62,418 nt of DNA, taken from contig CAXHJY010000198.1 of assembly GCA_964016885.1 (NCBI GenBank), forward strand, positions 1-62,418. Reading direction: 5' to 3'. A program made the position numbers and the translations under genes. Shown here piece by piece: positions 31,635 through 42,644 of this stretch (its first letter is position 1; the number at the start of each line of letters is the position of its first letter). This DNA comes from Eledone cirrhosa (taxonomy: Eukaryota). The notes beneath the pieces are model-generated. The model did no database searches. It saw only the letters and a program-made list of their open reading frames with translations, and was not told the origin of the DNA.

Positions 31635-32130
31635 TGTTTCTACTATTGGCACAAGACCAGCAATTAACCAGTACATTACTGGTACTTTATTTTATCGACC
31701 CCGTAAGGATGAAAGGCAAAGTTAATAATGATTTCTCATATAAACACAAAGTCAGTAATTTGTGGAATGAGAAAAGCTAATTATGTTCACACAGTACAAG
31801 GATCAAATGCAATGTCGACCTCAGCGGGATTTGAACTCGGAACATAAATAGTCGGAAGAAACATTGCTAAGCATTTTTAACGCTCTACTGAGTCTATTAA
31901 CCCACTGCTCTAATAATTGTCTTTAATTTTGGCTCAAGGCCTTCTATTTAAAGAGAAGGGGAATGTGATTAGATCGGCCCAAGTATGTTACTGCTTCTTT
32001 ATTTTATCAACGCCGTAATGATGAAAGGCAAAGCTAAACTCGCTGGGATTTGTACTCGTAACGTAAATGGCCGTAACTATATGATAAAATGCTTTCGTAC
32101 GATGCTCTATCGATTCTGTCAATCCCCCGC
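31635..32130 (-). mobile_element. Cluster of SINE family 1 fragments and variants
   Basis: Conserved body at 31635-31724; heads with B box at ~31815-31910 and ~31920-32130. Confidence 0.75.
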
Positions 32131-32493
32131 CCTCACCCGCACTAATAATTTTTTTCTGCATTTAACACAAGGAGAGCAATTTGAAAGGAAGTGGAAAGTC
32201 GATTAAATTGAGCCCAATGCGTTACTGGTACATGTAGTTATAAAGTTGTTCTCGTGGGATTCAGCGTGACACTAAGTGTGACAAAGCAGCGTGACAGAGA
32301 GTGAGTCTTGTTCAAGGACAGAACGCAGTGCTGGGAATTGAACCCTCATCCTTCTAATCATGAACTGTAAACTCTAACCAGTAGGTCACGATAGCTGAAG
32401 CAATAATAGTTAGGAATTGTAAAAAGCACAGTTGTAGATTAAGGGAAGGATGAATATGCCAATAACTTACTGCGGTAATGGATACTAACTCTC

Positions 32494-32589
<96 letters not shown>

Positions 32590-32613
32590 GTAGATAGGTA
32601 GATAGATAAATAA

Positions 32614-32644
<31 letters not shown>

Positions 32645-32687
32645 TATATACATATATATATGTGTATATAACTACATATATATAACT

Positions 32688-32757
<70 letters not shown>

Positions 32758-32884
32758 GTATAGTGGTAGCTATGGTGCTTCCGTAGGCGGTATGCCAAAA
32801 TTAGCACGCGATATTCATCAGAGTAGAGTGTAGATATTATAAAGAAAACGAAAAATCAGTGATGCATCTGGACTTAGTTTATTT

Positions 32885-32975
32885 CGTGTTACAAATGTTT
32901 CGCCGGCATGTAGCTCGAGTCATGGTCCTTGTATGGATCTGGCTGATTCTACTTCTGCGGGTTCTTTCAGACACG
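32885..32975 (-). ncRNA. Type I hammerhead candidate with long helix II
   Basis: CGTGT-CTGAAAGA-[long helix II]-GAAA-CATTTG-TA-ACACG. Perfect helix I, slightly aberrant core. The flank AATCAGTG.TGCATC is shared with the 5447 motif. Confidence 0.6.
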
Positions 32976-33030
32976 GGTGTTATGTCCGGAGGAAATTTTA
33001 TCACAGTGATAAATAGATAGATAGATAGAT

Positions 33031-33105
33031 TTCTTTATTTGCCACAAGAGCGCACAAGAAAAGGAGTCAATACAAGGACATATGCCGGGGATTTTACGTA
33101 CAATC
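33031..33105 (-). mobile_element. 75-bp Tx1 3'-terminal stub between GATA tracts
   Basis: Closely matches stub 17714-17790 (TTTCTTTATTTGCCACAAG.GCGCACAAGAAAAGG...). Confidence 0.85.
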
Positions 33106-33174
<69 letters not shown>

Positions 33175-33405
33175 ATTTCTATTTATTTGCCACGAGGGCA
33201 CAAAAGAAGGGGACATTTACACAGTGGGGGAGTTTACATAAATCGAGTAAAGAAAAAAGGAATAACAATAATAATATAACAATAAAAAGTCCTCAAAAGG
33301 GAGGGGGCGTGTTGGGGATTGCACATATCCCCAAAAAGTGTGCAACTCTTTTCGCGGGGGAAGCCCAGAGAGGAGGCGCTCCCCCTTTCCTCTTCACTTC
33401 TTCAC

Positions 33406-36400
33406 CTACAGAACAATGTAGAGAGAAGGCCCATTTACACGGGCCATTCTCGCTTCTTTCACCCACCTTTCATAAAACTGTCTGGGACCAAGCACTTCTC
33501 TCTCCATCCTGATTCTTCTTCCGAAGTGGTATCGGAAGAAGTAAACCAGGTGATGGCCGGAGAGAAAGTCACCCGACCTCAGACCTTTCAGGCGCGTCCA
33601 CCACACAACCTCTTTCATCATGGCTATTACGCACAGAAAGACCGCCTCTGCTTCATTTCTGAAGGGAGGAGGTGGCTTGATGTTCACCACAGACTCGGCG
33701 GTTAATCGAATCGGCGCCACACGCGACAGCAGTCGTTCGACGTAGCCCCACAGATCGGCAACGCCCGGGCAGTGTACCAGTGCATGCGCAACGGTTTTCT
33801 CGTGGCGCACGCATCTGGGACAGATCTTTTTCGCGGGATCCCTGCCCGGGCGCCCGTGTCTGTAGAGCTTTTCTCGAACGGGCAGAGCCCCCCGGTAACA
33901 CTGCCAGGCTAGGGACCTCTGGAAGTTGTCCATGGGTCCCGGGCCGAAAGTTCTACCGAATAGGCTGGCCAGTTCGTCCTCCTCCATGCCTAGCGACTCT
34001 CCAAGGGTGTCGTCGCCCCTGCTAGCCACCAACCCTCTATAGAATGTCGAGGTGGATTCTCCACTGACAGTCGGGTCCGCTTGCCAGATAGCCGTGAGCG
34101 CCTGGGCACACTCGGTGTGCCAGTTGCCCAGTTTTCTCGGTATTTGCTTCACCCAGGATTGCAGTTCGGTGAGCGAGACGAGCTGTGGGAAGGCTCGCCT
34201 CACAAACGGGGCCCACACCGGCTGACCGTTGAGGAATACCTGTAGATGCCGTAGCCTCAATGCGTGCCTACACATCAACAGCCACGGCATACCCAGCCCT
34301 CCTTTCGAAGGGTGCTGGCAGCAGATGGATCTCCTCACCATGGGAGGCCGCTTCTTCCAGAGGAACTGGAAGAGCATGCGTTCCATGATGGTGAGCTTTT
34401 CCTTGGGGCAAGGCACGACGGTCAGGCGGTAGTAGATGACGGACGCTATGTAAGCGTTCGTCACCTCCGCCCGACCTTTCAGTGATAGTTTGCACTTGGC
34501 CCACTTCTGGGTCAGCGCAAACACCCTGCTCGTCACCTCGCCCCAATTCTTCTCCACCTGGAGGTCCGGTCCGAACCAGACCCCGAGCAGCTTCACCGGG
34601 CCCTCCGTCCACCGCCCGACGACACCGTCTAACGGCATCGGTTTGCCCCTCCACGTTCCGAGTTGCAAACCGACTGACTTGTCCTGGTTCAGCTTAGCCC
34701 CCGTCAGCCTTTCGTATTCCTCCAGTAGGGTGGCGATCGCCCCGATTTCCGAGGCGTCCGCCACCATTACTGTTACGTCGTCGGCATAGGCCGAGACCGC
34801 TTTGTGCAATCCCGGTTCCAGGGGTATGCCCCGCAGCAACTCCAACTTCCGCAGCAGTGGCTCGAGAGTCAATACGTACAGAAGGGAGGAGAGGGGGCAC
34901 CCCTGTCTGATGGATCGGGTGATTTGAAACGGCTCCGAGAGGTAGCCGTTTACTTTAATCCTAGAGTAGATGTTGCCACTGTGCATGGCAGAAATCCAGC
35001 CCCTGAAAACGGGTCCGAAGCCCGCCGCCGCTAGCACCGCATCCAGGTAACCATGGTCGACCCTATCGAACGCCTTAGATTGATCCAAGTTGATCAGGGC
35101 CCCACCAAAGCCGGGTTCGTAGCCAACCCTCTCTATGATGTATCGCATGAGGTGGAGGTTGTCGTGAATGGACCTGGACGGGATAGCGCATGTCTGCGCG
35201 TCTCCCACCAAACCACCCACCACAAGCGCCAACCTCTTCGCCAACACCTTGGCCAAAATCTGTAACTCTGCATTCAGCAGAGTTATGGGCCTAAAGTTAC
35301 TTAAGTCGTCCCCCTTGCTCTCGTCCTTCCTCACTAGCGTGACCACGCCCTTGGTCACAGAACAGGGAATTTTTCCGTTCTGTTGCCAGTTGCAATAGAC
35401 AGCCTCGAGGAGTTCGGAGAACAAGACCGGCATAGCTAAATAAAGTTCGTATGGTAGACCATCGAGACCCGGGGATTTGCGTCTGCTGCATTGGCTGAGC
35501 GCTTCCCCGATTTCAGTGACTGTGATTGGCCTTTCGCAGCACTCCGCTTCGCCGCTCGAAAGACGCGGTAGACCGTCGAGGTATGGACCGAAGTCCACAT
35601 CCCCGTCCGGCCCCCCGCCACCTCCGAACAGTCGAGCAAAGTGCCTTTGAAAGGTCTCGCACATTCGCTCAGGTTCAAGGATCACCCGTCCATCCTGGTC
35701 TCGCAAAGACCGAATGGTGGATTTAATCCCACTCTTGGCTTCTGTCACGCGGGCCCAGCTAACAGCTTTGGTCCCCTCGTTTCCTAAAGCACGTATTTTA
35801 CTTCGGACAACGCAGCCTTCGTGCTTCGCGTCAAAGAACTGGCTCAATGCCGTTCTCGTCGCTAACACTCTGGCTACGTCTCCGCTCCTAATCGCCTCTT
35901 CTAGTTTATCTGTTAACTCCCTTTCCCTCCTATTTCTATTCGCCGCTAGTTCCTTACTGTAACCTATCGAACTTACTCTAATCTCTCTCTTTAGAGATAT
36001 CCACCACCTACTGTTGACGATCGCTCCCGTCAACCGCATCTTAACTAAGCTACTAATCCGGTTTCTGTAATCTTTCTTTGTCGGTAAGGACAAGTTCATC
36101 TTCCAGTAACCGGGACCCTGTCTATGCGTTCTATCAAGGTTGACCACGCAGGTCACTAATTTGTGATCTGAATAGCCAACCATGATCAGTTCTGGACAAC
36201 TAAATACGTCCCTATCCTTACTCCTAACCAAAAACCTATCTAGGTACGATCTAGATTGTCCACTGCGGTTTGCCCAGGTCCAGGTTTGCGCAGTTGGACA
36301 ATCTAGTCGAAATCTATCGACCAGGTCGAATCGATCGAGTAACCCCTTGAGGCTGCTACACCCCCCTCTATCGGGACATGCCCCTGCATAGTCCCAACGC

Positions 36401-36840
36401 GCATCTAGGATTCCATTCCAGTCCCCCACTAAAAGCAGGGAACGCGACGTTCCTAGAAAAGTCTCCAGACGCTGGAAGAAGTCGGCTCTTTCCGCCCCGA
36501 AGGGAGCATAAAGACCGACCAGTCTGAAAGCCCCGCCTTCACCGCCTCCGACGTCCAGCACCAGTAATCGACCCCCCGGGTCCGAGTGAACAATCTGTAC
36601 GTCGAGAGTCAGACGTTTATCCAGCAGTACGGCAACTCCCCCCCCCCCCCCGCCTCCGGGTTGACAGAGAGATGCGTGCATCTCAAAGTCATCGAAGGCG
36701 GGCGCCAGCTGTCTCACGCTGCTGATCCGACTCTCGCAAACAACCATCACATCTATACTTTGTGACCTGAGGTCACTTAGAAGCTTTGCTTGCTTCCAAG
36801 CTGAGCCCAGGCCACGCGCGTTCAAACAGCCAACTCTCAA
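33406..36840 (-). CDS. ORF2: APE endonuclease, reverse transcriptase, C-terminal CCHC (open, non-ATG start)
   Basis: 1144 aa; NARGL, GDWN, SYLDR, SDH, QGCPLS, YADD, CPRC..HALVHC. Confidence 0.95.
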   Translation of the reverse strand: MRVGCLNARGLGSAWKQAKLLSDLRSQSIDVMVVCESRISSVRQLAPAFDDFEMHASLCQPGGGGGGGVAVLLDKRLTLDVQIVHSDPGGRLLVLDVGGGEGGAFRLVGLYAPFGAERADFFQRLETFLGTSRSLLLVGDWNGILDARWDYAGACPDRGGCSSLKGLLDRFDLVDRFRLDCPTAQTWTWANRSGQSRSYLDRFLVRSKDRDVFSCPELIMVGYSDHKLVTCVVNLDRTHRQGPGYWKMNLSLPTKKDYRNRISSLVKMRLTGAIVNSRWWISLKREIRVSSIGYSKELAANRNRRERELTDKLEEAIRSGDVARVLATRTALSQFFDAKHEGCVVRSKIRALGNEGTKAVSWARVTEAKSGIKSTIRSLRDQDGRVILEPERMCETFQRHFARLFGGGGGPDGDVDFGPYLDGLPRLSSGEAECCERPITVTEIGEALSQCSRRKSPGLDGLPYELYLAMPVLFSELLEAVYCNWQQNGKIPCSVTKGVVTLVRKDESKGDDLSNFRPITLLNAELQILAKVLAKRLALVVGGLVGDAQTCAIPSRSIHDNLHLMRYIIERVGYEPGFGGALINLDQSKAFDRVDHGYLDAVLAAAGFGPVFRGWISAMHSGNIYSRIKVNGYLSEPFQITRSIRQGCPLSSLLYVLTLEPLLRKLELLRGIPLEPGLHKAVSAYADDVTVMVADASEIGAIATLLEEYERLTGAKLNQDKSVGLQLGTWRGKPMPLDGVVGRWTEGPVKLLGVWFGPDLQVEKNWGEVTSRVFALTQKWAKCKLSLKGRAEVTNAYIASVIYYRLTVVPCPKEKLTIMERMLFQFLWKKRPPMVRRSICCQHPSKGGLGMPWLLMCRHALRLRHLQVFLNGQPVWAPFVRRAFPQLVSLTELQSWVKQIPRKLGNWHTECAQALTAIWQADPTVSGESTSTFYRGLVASRGDDTLGESLGMEEDELASLFGRTFGPGPMDNFQRSLAWQCYRGALPVREKLYRHGRPGRDPAKKICPRCVRHEKTVAHALVHCPGVADLWGYVERLLSRVAPIRLTAESVVNIKPPPPFRNEAEAVFLCVIAMMKEVVWWTRLKGLRSGDFLSGHHLVYFFRYHFGRRIRMEREVLGPRQFYERWVKEARMARVNGPSLYIVL

Positions 36841-36845
36841 TTGAT

Positions 36846-38683
36846 CTATTTTGGTGTTGAAAGTGAAGAAAGAAAAGCACTTACCTCTCCGGGTTGCGTA
36901 ATTTCCATGGCATCAGGTGTGTTGGGTGGAGGGATGTTTTGTGGTGGTGTGGGGGTACACGTGTGTGGTGGGGTTGGGGTATTTGGAGTTGTGTCAGGGA
37001 GAGGGGCGGTTATGGGGAAATCTTTCAAGAGGACGCGATTCAACGGTTTTAAACAGGGGGGGGGGGGCTCACGTCCCGTCTAAATTGTTCTTTTAAGGAA
37101 CGATAAAGGTCCATAGGGACCTTTATCATTTTTAAATGGGTGAAGTTCTCTGTTGAGATAAAGTTTGGCCCTTCGGTCTGCACCATAGGGTTATTGTTTA
37201 TTAATTTAACCAGTTTTTTGTTTTCTTTATTTATATATGTGTATTGCAACGTCTTTTTTTGTGATGCTGTCAATGTTTCGGAGAGGGGAGGCGCAGATTT
37301 ATTTTTGTTTGTTGAGGGTGGGGTGTTTTTGATTGGAGTTAGTGTTTGTGTGTGGGTTATTTGTGGTGTGCTGGGTGTGTGTTTTCTTTTTTTTCTTTTA
37401 ACTTGTCTGAAGGCTTCTCCTCCTTCTTCTTCAGAAGTTGGGGGAAACTCTTCAGCGCTAGGTGGGAGGGACGTGTTGTGTGATTGTTTTTTTTTTGCGG
37501 GAGGGGTAGATTTGTTACTGTTTTTTTAATTATTTGTTTGGAATGGGTTTTGTGGTGGTGGTGGTAATGTTTGTGTCGTGCTTGTGGTTGGTGATGGTGG
37601 TGGTGATGTTTGTGTTGTGGTTGGTGGTGGTGATTTTTGTGTCGTGCTTGTGTTTGGTGCTGGTGGTGGTGATGTTTGTGTTGTGTTTGTGGTTGGTGGT
37701 GTCTGTATTTTGTTTGCTGTGTGTGGTATTAGTGTATTTTTGGAGGTGGGTGGTGTTGGTGTACTGTTTGTGGTGGGTGTGGGCAATAGTCCTTTTTGGG
37801 GGATACGTTTCGGGCAGTTAGCCTTAACGTGTCCCCTTTCCATGCATAAATAGCATGCTGGTCTTCTCCCCTCTACAATTATGTCTATTGGGGTAAGGTC
37901 ATCTAGCCAGATGCGATCCTGGATTTGTGCTATTCTTTCGGGCCTCATTTGGACTAGTATGTCGAGGCCCATTCCCAGGAACGCATCTCTAGTTGCCTTC
38001 CCCATTGACAGCATTGTGTCTTCGCCCATATCAATGAAGCCAGCAATAGCCCACCAGAAGTCCATTGTGGGCAGCATTGTTTTTACTTTTACTCTCTGTG
38101 TTCTTCTACCCATGTAGGAGGGATAGAAGCTATATGTTGTCGACGAGAGTGGGCTTAGGGAAAGCTTCTCCGCCGTTTCTTTGTCTCTTGTTAGGACCGA
38201 AATGCTGCCATAGAGTCGGTCCTTTCGTATGAAGAGAATATTCTTCATATAGTCTTTTAGGACTAACTCTATTTCCATTTGGCTGGGCTGTGCTGGCTTT
38301 CTTGTCTGGTTCAGTATAGTTCTGTAGAGAACTGTGTTTTCTGCTCTGGCTTTCTTGAATTCTGGGGGGGAGTTAATGGAAAACATTCCGTTCTCCCCCA
38401 AAACAATGTGTTTCTTTGCTTCGGCCAGTTTTTCTCTGGCGGCAGTTAGGTCAATTGGTGTGTATGTAATGGATTGTTTTGTTTTCTGGGCGAAAGTTGC
38501 CCTGTCGTTATTTGTATTATTTTCTGTTTGTTTGTTTTCTGTTTGCTCATTTTCCTTAACATTTGTTTTTTCATTTTGTTTGTTTGTTTCAATGTCTAAT
38601 TTTGTTGTAATTATTTTTTGTTCTTCAGACTTGGGGGGCGTGGCAGAGCTAATGGCAGACATGTCTGCCATCTTTTCCGCCAT
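36846..38683 (-). pseudogene. ORF1 of copy A, disrupted
   Basis: Nonsense change at 37528 (AAA>TAA) and a G12 versus G7 run at 37056-37067 relative to copy B. Confidence 0.9.
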
Positions 38684-38884
38684 GCTGTCAAGAAAGAAAT
38701 TTTTCGGCAAAAATAGATATTTATTTTACCCCCTAAAAAGGGGGTAAATGCAAAAATGTTTCCCTAAATAACAGGGGTTAGTGTTCCAAATGTGTTGCAC
38801 TAAAAAATTTATCCGGTACTTACAATAGTAAGGGTAAATCCCGATGGAATAGCGGAGCCGATGCGAAGCGTGTCTTACTCTATC

Positions 38885-38917
<33 letters not shown>

Positions 38918-38918
38918 G

Positions 38919-38961
<43 letters not shown>

Positions 38962-39209
38962 GGATAGATAGATAGATAAATTTCTATTTATTTGCCACGA
39001 GGGCACAAAAGAAGGGGACATTTACACAGTGGGGGAGTTTACATAAATCGAGTAAAGAAAAAGGAATAACAATAATAATATAACAATAAAAAGTCCTCAA
39101 AAGGGAGGGGGCGTGTTGGGGATTGCACATACCCCCGAAAAGTGTGCAACTCTTTTCGCGGGGGAAGCCCAGAGAGGAGGCGCTCCCCCTTTCCTCTTCA
39201 CTTCTTCAC

Positions 39210-42200
39210 CTACAGAACAATGTAGAGAGAAGGCCCATTTACACGGGCCATTCTCGCTTCTTTCACCCACCTTTCATAAAACTGTCTGGGACCAAGCACT
39301 TCTCTCTCCATCCTGATTCTTCTTCCGAAGTGGTATCGGAAGAAGTAAACCAGGTGATGGCCGGAGAGAAAGTCACCCGACCTCAGACCTTTCAGGCGCG
39401 TCCACCACACAACCTCTTTCATCATGGCTATTACGCACAGAAAGACCGCCTCTGCTTCATTTCTGAAGGGAGGAGGCGGCTTGATGTTCACCACAGACTC
39501 GGCGGTTATTCGAATCGGCGCCACACGCGACAGCAGTCGTTCGACGTAGCCCCACAGATCGGCAACGCCCGGGCAGTGTACCAGTGCATGCGCAACGGTT
39601 TCCTCGTCGAGCACGCATCTGGGACAGATCTTTTTCGCGGGATCCCTGCCCGGGCGCCCGTGTCTGTAGAGCTTTTCTCGAACGGGCAGAGCCCCCCGGT
39701 AACACTGCCAGGCTAGGGACCTCTGGAAGTTGTCCATGGGTCCCGGGCCGAAAGTTCTACCGAACAGGCTGGCCAGTTCGTCCTCCTCCATGCCTAGCGA
39801 CTCTCCAAGGGTGTCGTCGCCCCTGCTAGCCACCAACCCTCTATAGAATGTCGAGGTGGATTCTCCACTGACAGTCGGGTCCGCTTGCCAGATAGCCGTG
39901 AGCGCCTGGGCACACTCGGTGTGCCAGTTGCCCAGTTTTCTCGGTATTTGCTTCACCCAGGATTGCAGTTCGGTGAGCGAGACGAGCTGTGGGAAGGCTC
40001 GCCTCACAAACGGGGCCCACACCGGCTGACCGTTGAGGAATACCTGTAGATGCCGTAGCCTCAATGCGTGCCTACGCATCAACAGCCACGGCATACCCAG
40101 CCCTCCTTTCGAAGGGTGCTGGCAGCAGATGGATCTCCTCACCATGGGAGGCCGCTTCTTCCAGAGGAACTGGAAGAGCATGCGTTCCATGATGGTGAGC
40201 TTTTCCTTGGGGCAAGGCACGACGGTCAGGCGGTAGTAGATGACGGACGCTATGTAAGCGTTCGTCACCTCCGCCCGACCTTTCAGTGATAGTTTGCACT
40301 TGGCCCACTTCTGGGTCAGCGCAAACACCCTGCTCGTCACCTCGCCCCAATTCTTCTCCACCTGGAGGTCCGGTCCGAACCAGACCCCGAGCAGCTTCAC
40401 CGGGCCCTCCGTCCACCGCCCGACGACACCGTCTAACGGCATCGGTTTGCCCCTCCACGTTCCGAGTTGCAAACCGACTGACTTGTCCTGGTTCAGCTTA
40501 GCCCCCGTCAGCCTTTCGTATTCCTCCAGTAGGGTGGCGATCGCCCCGATTTCCGAGGCGTCCGCCACCATTACTGTTACGTCGTCGGCATAGGCCGAGA
40601 CCGCTTTGTGCAATCCCGGTTCCAGGGGTATGCCCCGCAGCAACTCCAACTTCCGCAGCAGTGGCTCGAGAGTCAATACGTACAGAAGGGAGGAGAGGGG
40701 GCACCCCTGTCTGATGGATCGGGTGATTTGAAACGGCTCCGAGAGGTAGCCGTTTACTTTAATCCTAGAGTAGATGTTGCCACTGTGCATGGCAGAAATC
40801 CAGCCCCTGAAAACGGGTCCGAAACCCGCCGCCGCTAGCACCGCATCCAGGTAACCATGGTCGACCCTATCGAACGCCTTAGATTGATCCAAGTTGATCA
40901 GGGCCCCACCAAAGCCGGGTTCGTAGCCAACCCTCTCTATGATGTATCGCATGAGGTGGAGGTTGTCGTGAATGGACCTGGACGGGATAGCGCATGTCTG
41001 CGCGTCTCCCACCAAACCACCCACCACAAGCGCCAACCTCTTCGCCAACACCTTGGCCAAAATCTGTAACTCTGCATTCAGCAGAGTTATGGGCCTAAAG
41101 TTACTTAAGTCGTCCCCCTTGCTCTCGTCCTTCCTCACTAGCGTGACCACGCCCTTGGTCACAGAACAGGGAATTCTCCCGTTCTGTTGCCAGTTGCAAT
41201 AGACAGCCTCGAGGAGTTCGGAGAACAAGACCGGCATAGCTAAATAAAGTTCGTATGGTAGACCATCGAGACCCGGGGATTTGCGTCTGCTGCATTGGCT
41301 GAGCGCTTCCCCGATTTCAGTGACTGTGATTGGCCTTTCGCAGCACTCCGCTTCGCCGCTCGAAAGACGCGGTAGACCGTCGAGGTATGGACCGAAGTCC
41401 ACATCCCCGTCCGGCCCCCCGCCACCTCCGAACAGTCGAGCAAAGTGCCTTTGAAAGGTCTCGCACATTCGCTCAGGTTCAAGGATCACCCGTCCATCCT
41501 GGTCTCGCAAAGACCGAATGGTGGATTTAATCCCACTCTTGGCTTCTGTCACGCGGGCCCAGCTAACAGCTTTGGTCCCCTCGTTTCCTAAAGCACGTAT
41601 TTTACTTCGGACAACGCAGCCTTCGTGCTTCGCGTCAAAGAACTGGCTCAATGCCGTTCTCGTCGCTAACACTCTGGCTACGTCTCCGCTCCTAATCGCC
41701 TCTTCTAGTTTATCTGTTAACTCCCTTTCCCTCCTATTTCTATTCGCCGCTAGTTCCTTACTGTAACCTATCGAACTTACTCTAATCTCTCTCTTTAGAG
41801 ATATCCACCACCTACTGTTGACGATCGCTCCCGTCAACCGCATCTTAACTAAGCTACTAATCCGGTTTCTGTAATCTTTCTTTGTCGGTAAGGACAAGTT
41901 CATCTTCCAGTAACCGGGACCCTGTCTATGCGTTCTATCAAGGTTGACCACGCAGGTCACTAATTTGTGATCTGAATAGCCAACCATGATCAGTTCTGGA
42001 CAACTAAATACGTCCCTATCCTTACTCCTAACCAAAAACCTATCTAGGTACGATCTAGATTGTCCACTGCGGTTTGCCCAGGTCCAGGTTGGCGCAGTTG
42101 GACAATCTAGTCGAAATCTATCGACCAGGTCGAATCGATCGAGTAACCCCTTGAGGCTGCTACACCCCCCTCTATCGGGACATGCCCCTGCATAGTCCCA

Positions 42201-42639
42201 ACGCGCATCTAGGATTCCATTCCAGTCCCCCACTAAAAGCAGGGAACGCGACATTCCTAGAAAAGTCTCCAGACGTTGGAAGAAGTCGGCTCTCTCCGCC
42301 CCGAAGGGAGCATAAAGACCGACCAGTCTGAAAGCCCCGCCTTCACCACCTCCGACGTCCAGCACCAGTAATCGACCCCCCGGGTCCGAGTGAACAATCT
42401 GTACGTCGAGAGTCAGACGTTTATCCAGCAGTACGGCAACTCCCCCCCCCGCCTCCGGGTTGACAGAGAGATGCGTGCATCTCAAAGTCAACGAAGGCGG
42501 GCGCCAGCTGTCTCACGCTGCTGATCCGACTCTCGCAAACAACCATCACATCTATACTTTGTGACCTGAGGTCACTTAGAAGCTTTGCTTGCTTCCAAGC
42601 TGAGCTCAGGCCACGCGCGTTCAAACAGCCAACTCTCAA
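39210..42639 (-). pseudogene. ORF2 of copy B, single frameshift in the APE domain
   Basis: C9 run at 42442-42450 versus C14 in copy A splits the ORF into 42421-42639 and 39210-42491. Confidence 0.9.
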
Positions 42640-42644
42640 TTGAT

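Larger units (their letters stand above)
33174..38886 (-). mobile_element. Full-length Tx1-clade retrotransposon, copy A, in (GATA)n
   Basis: 5'UTR, ORF1, ORF2 and 3'UTR ending AATAAATAGAAATT then (CTAT)n. GATA tracts on both sides. Confidence 0.97.

Noticed and set aside
36846-36884. 39-nt intron fusing ORF1 to ORF2
   Set aside because: Removal gives GAG-ATC-AAT-TGA in the ORF1 frame, not an ORF2 fusion, and the intron is very short.
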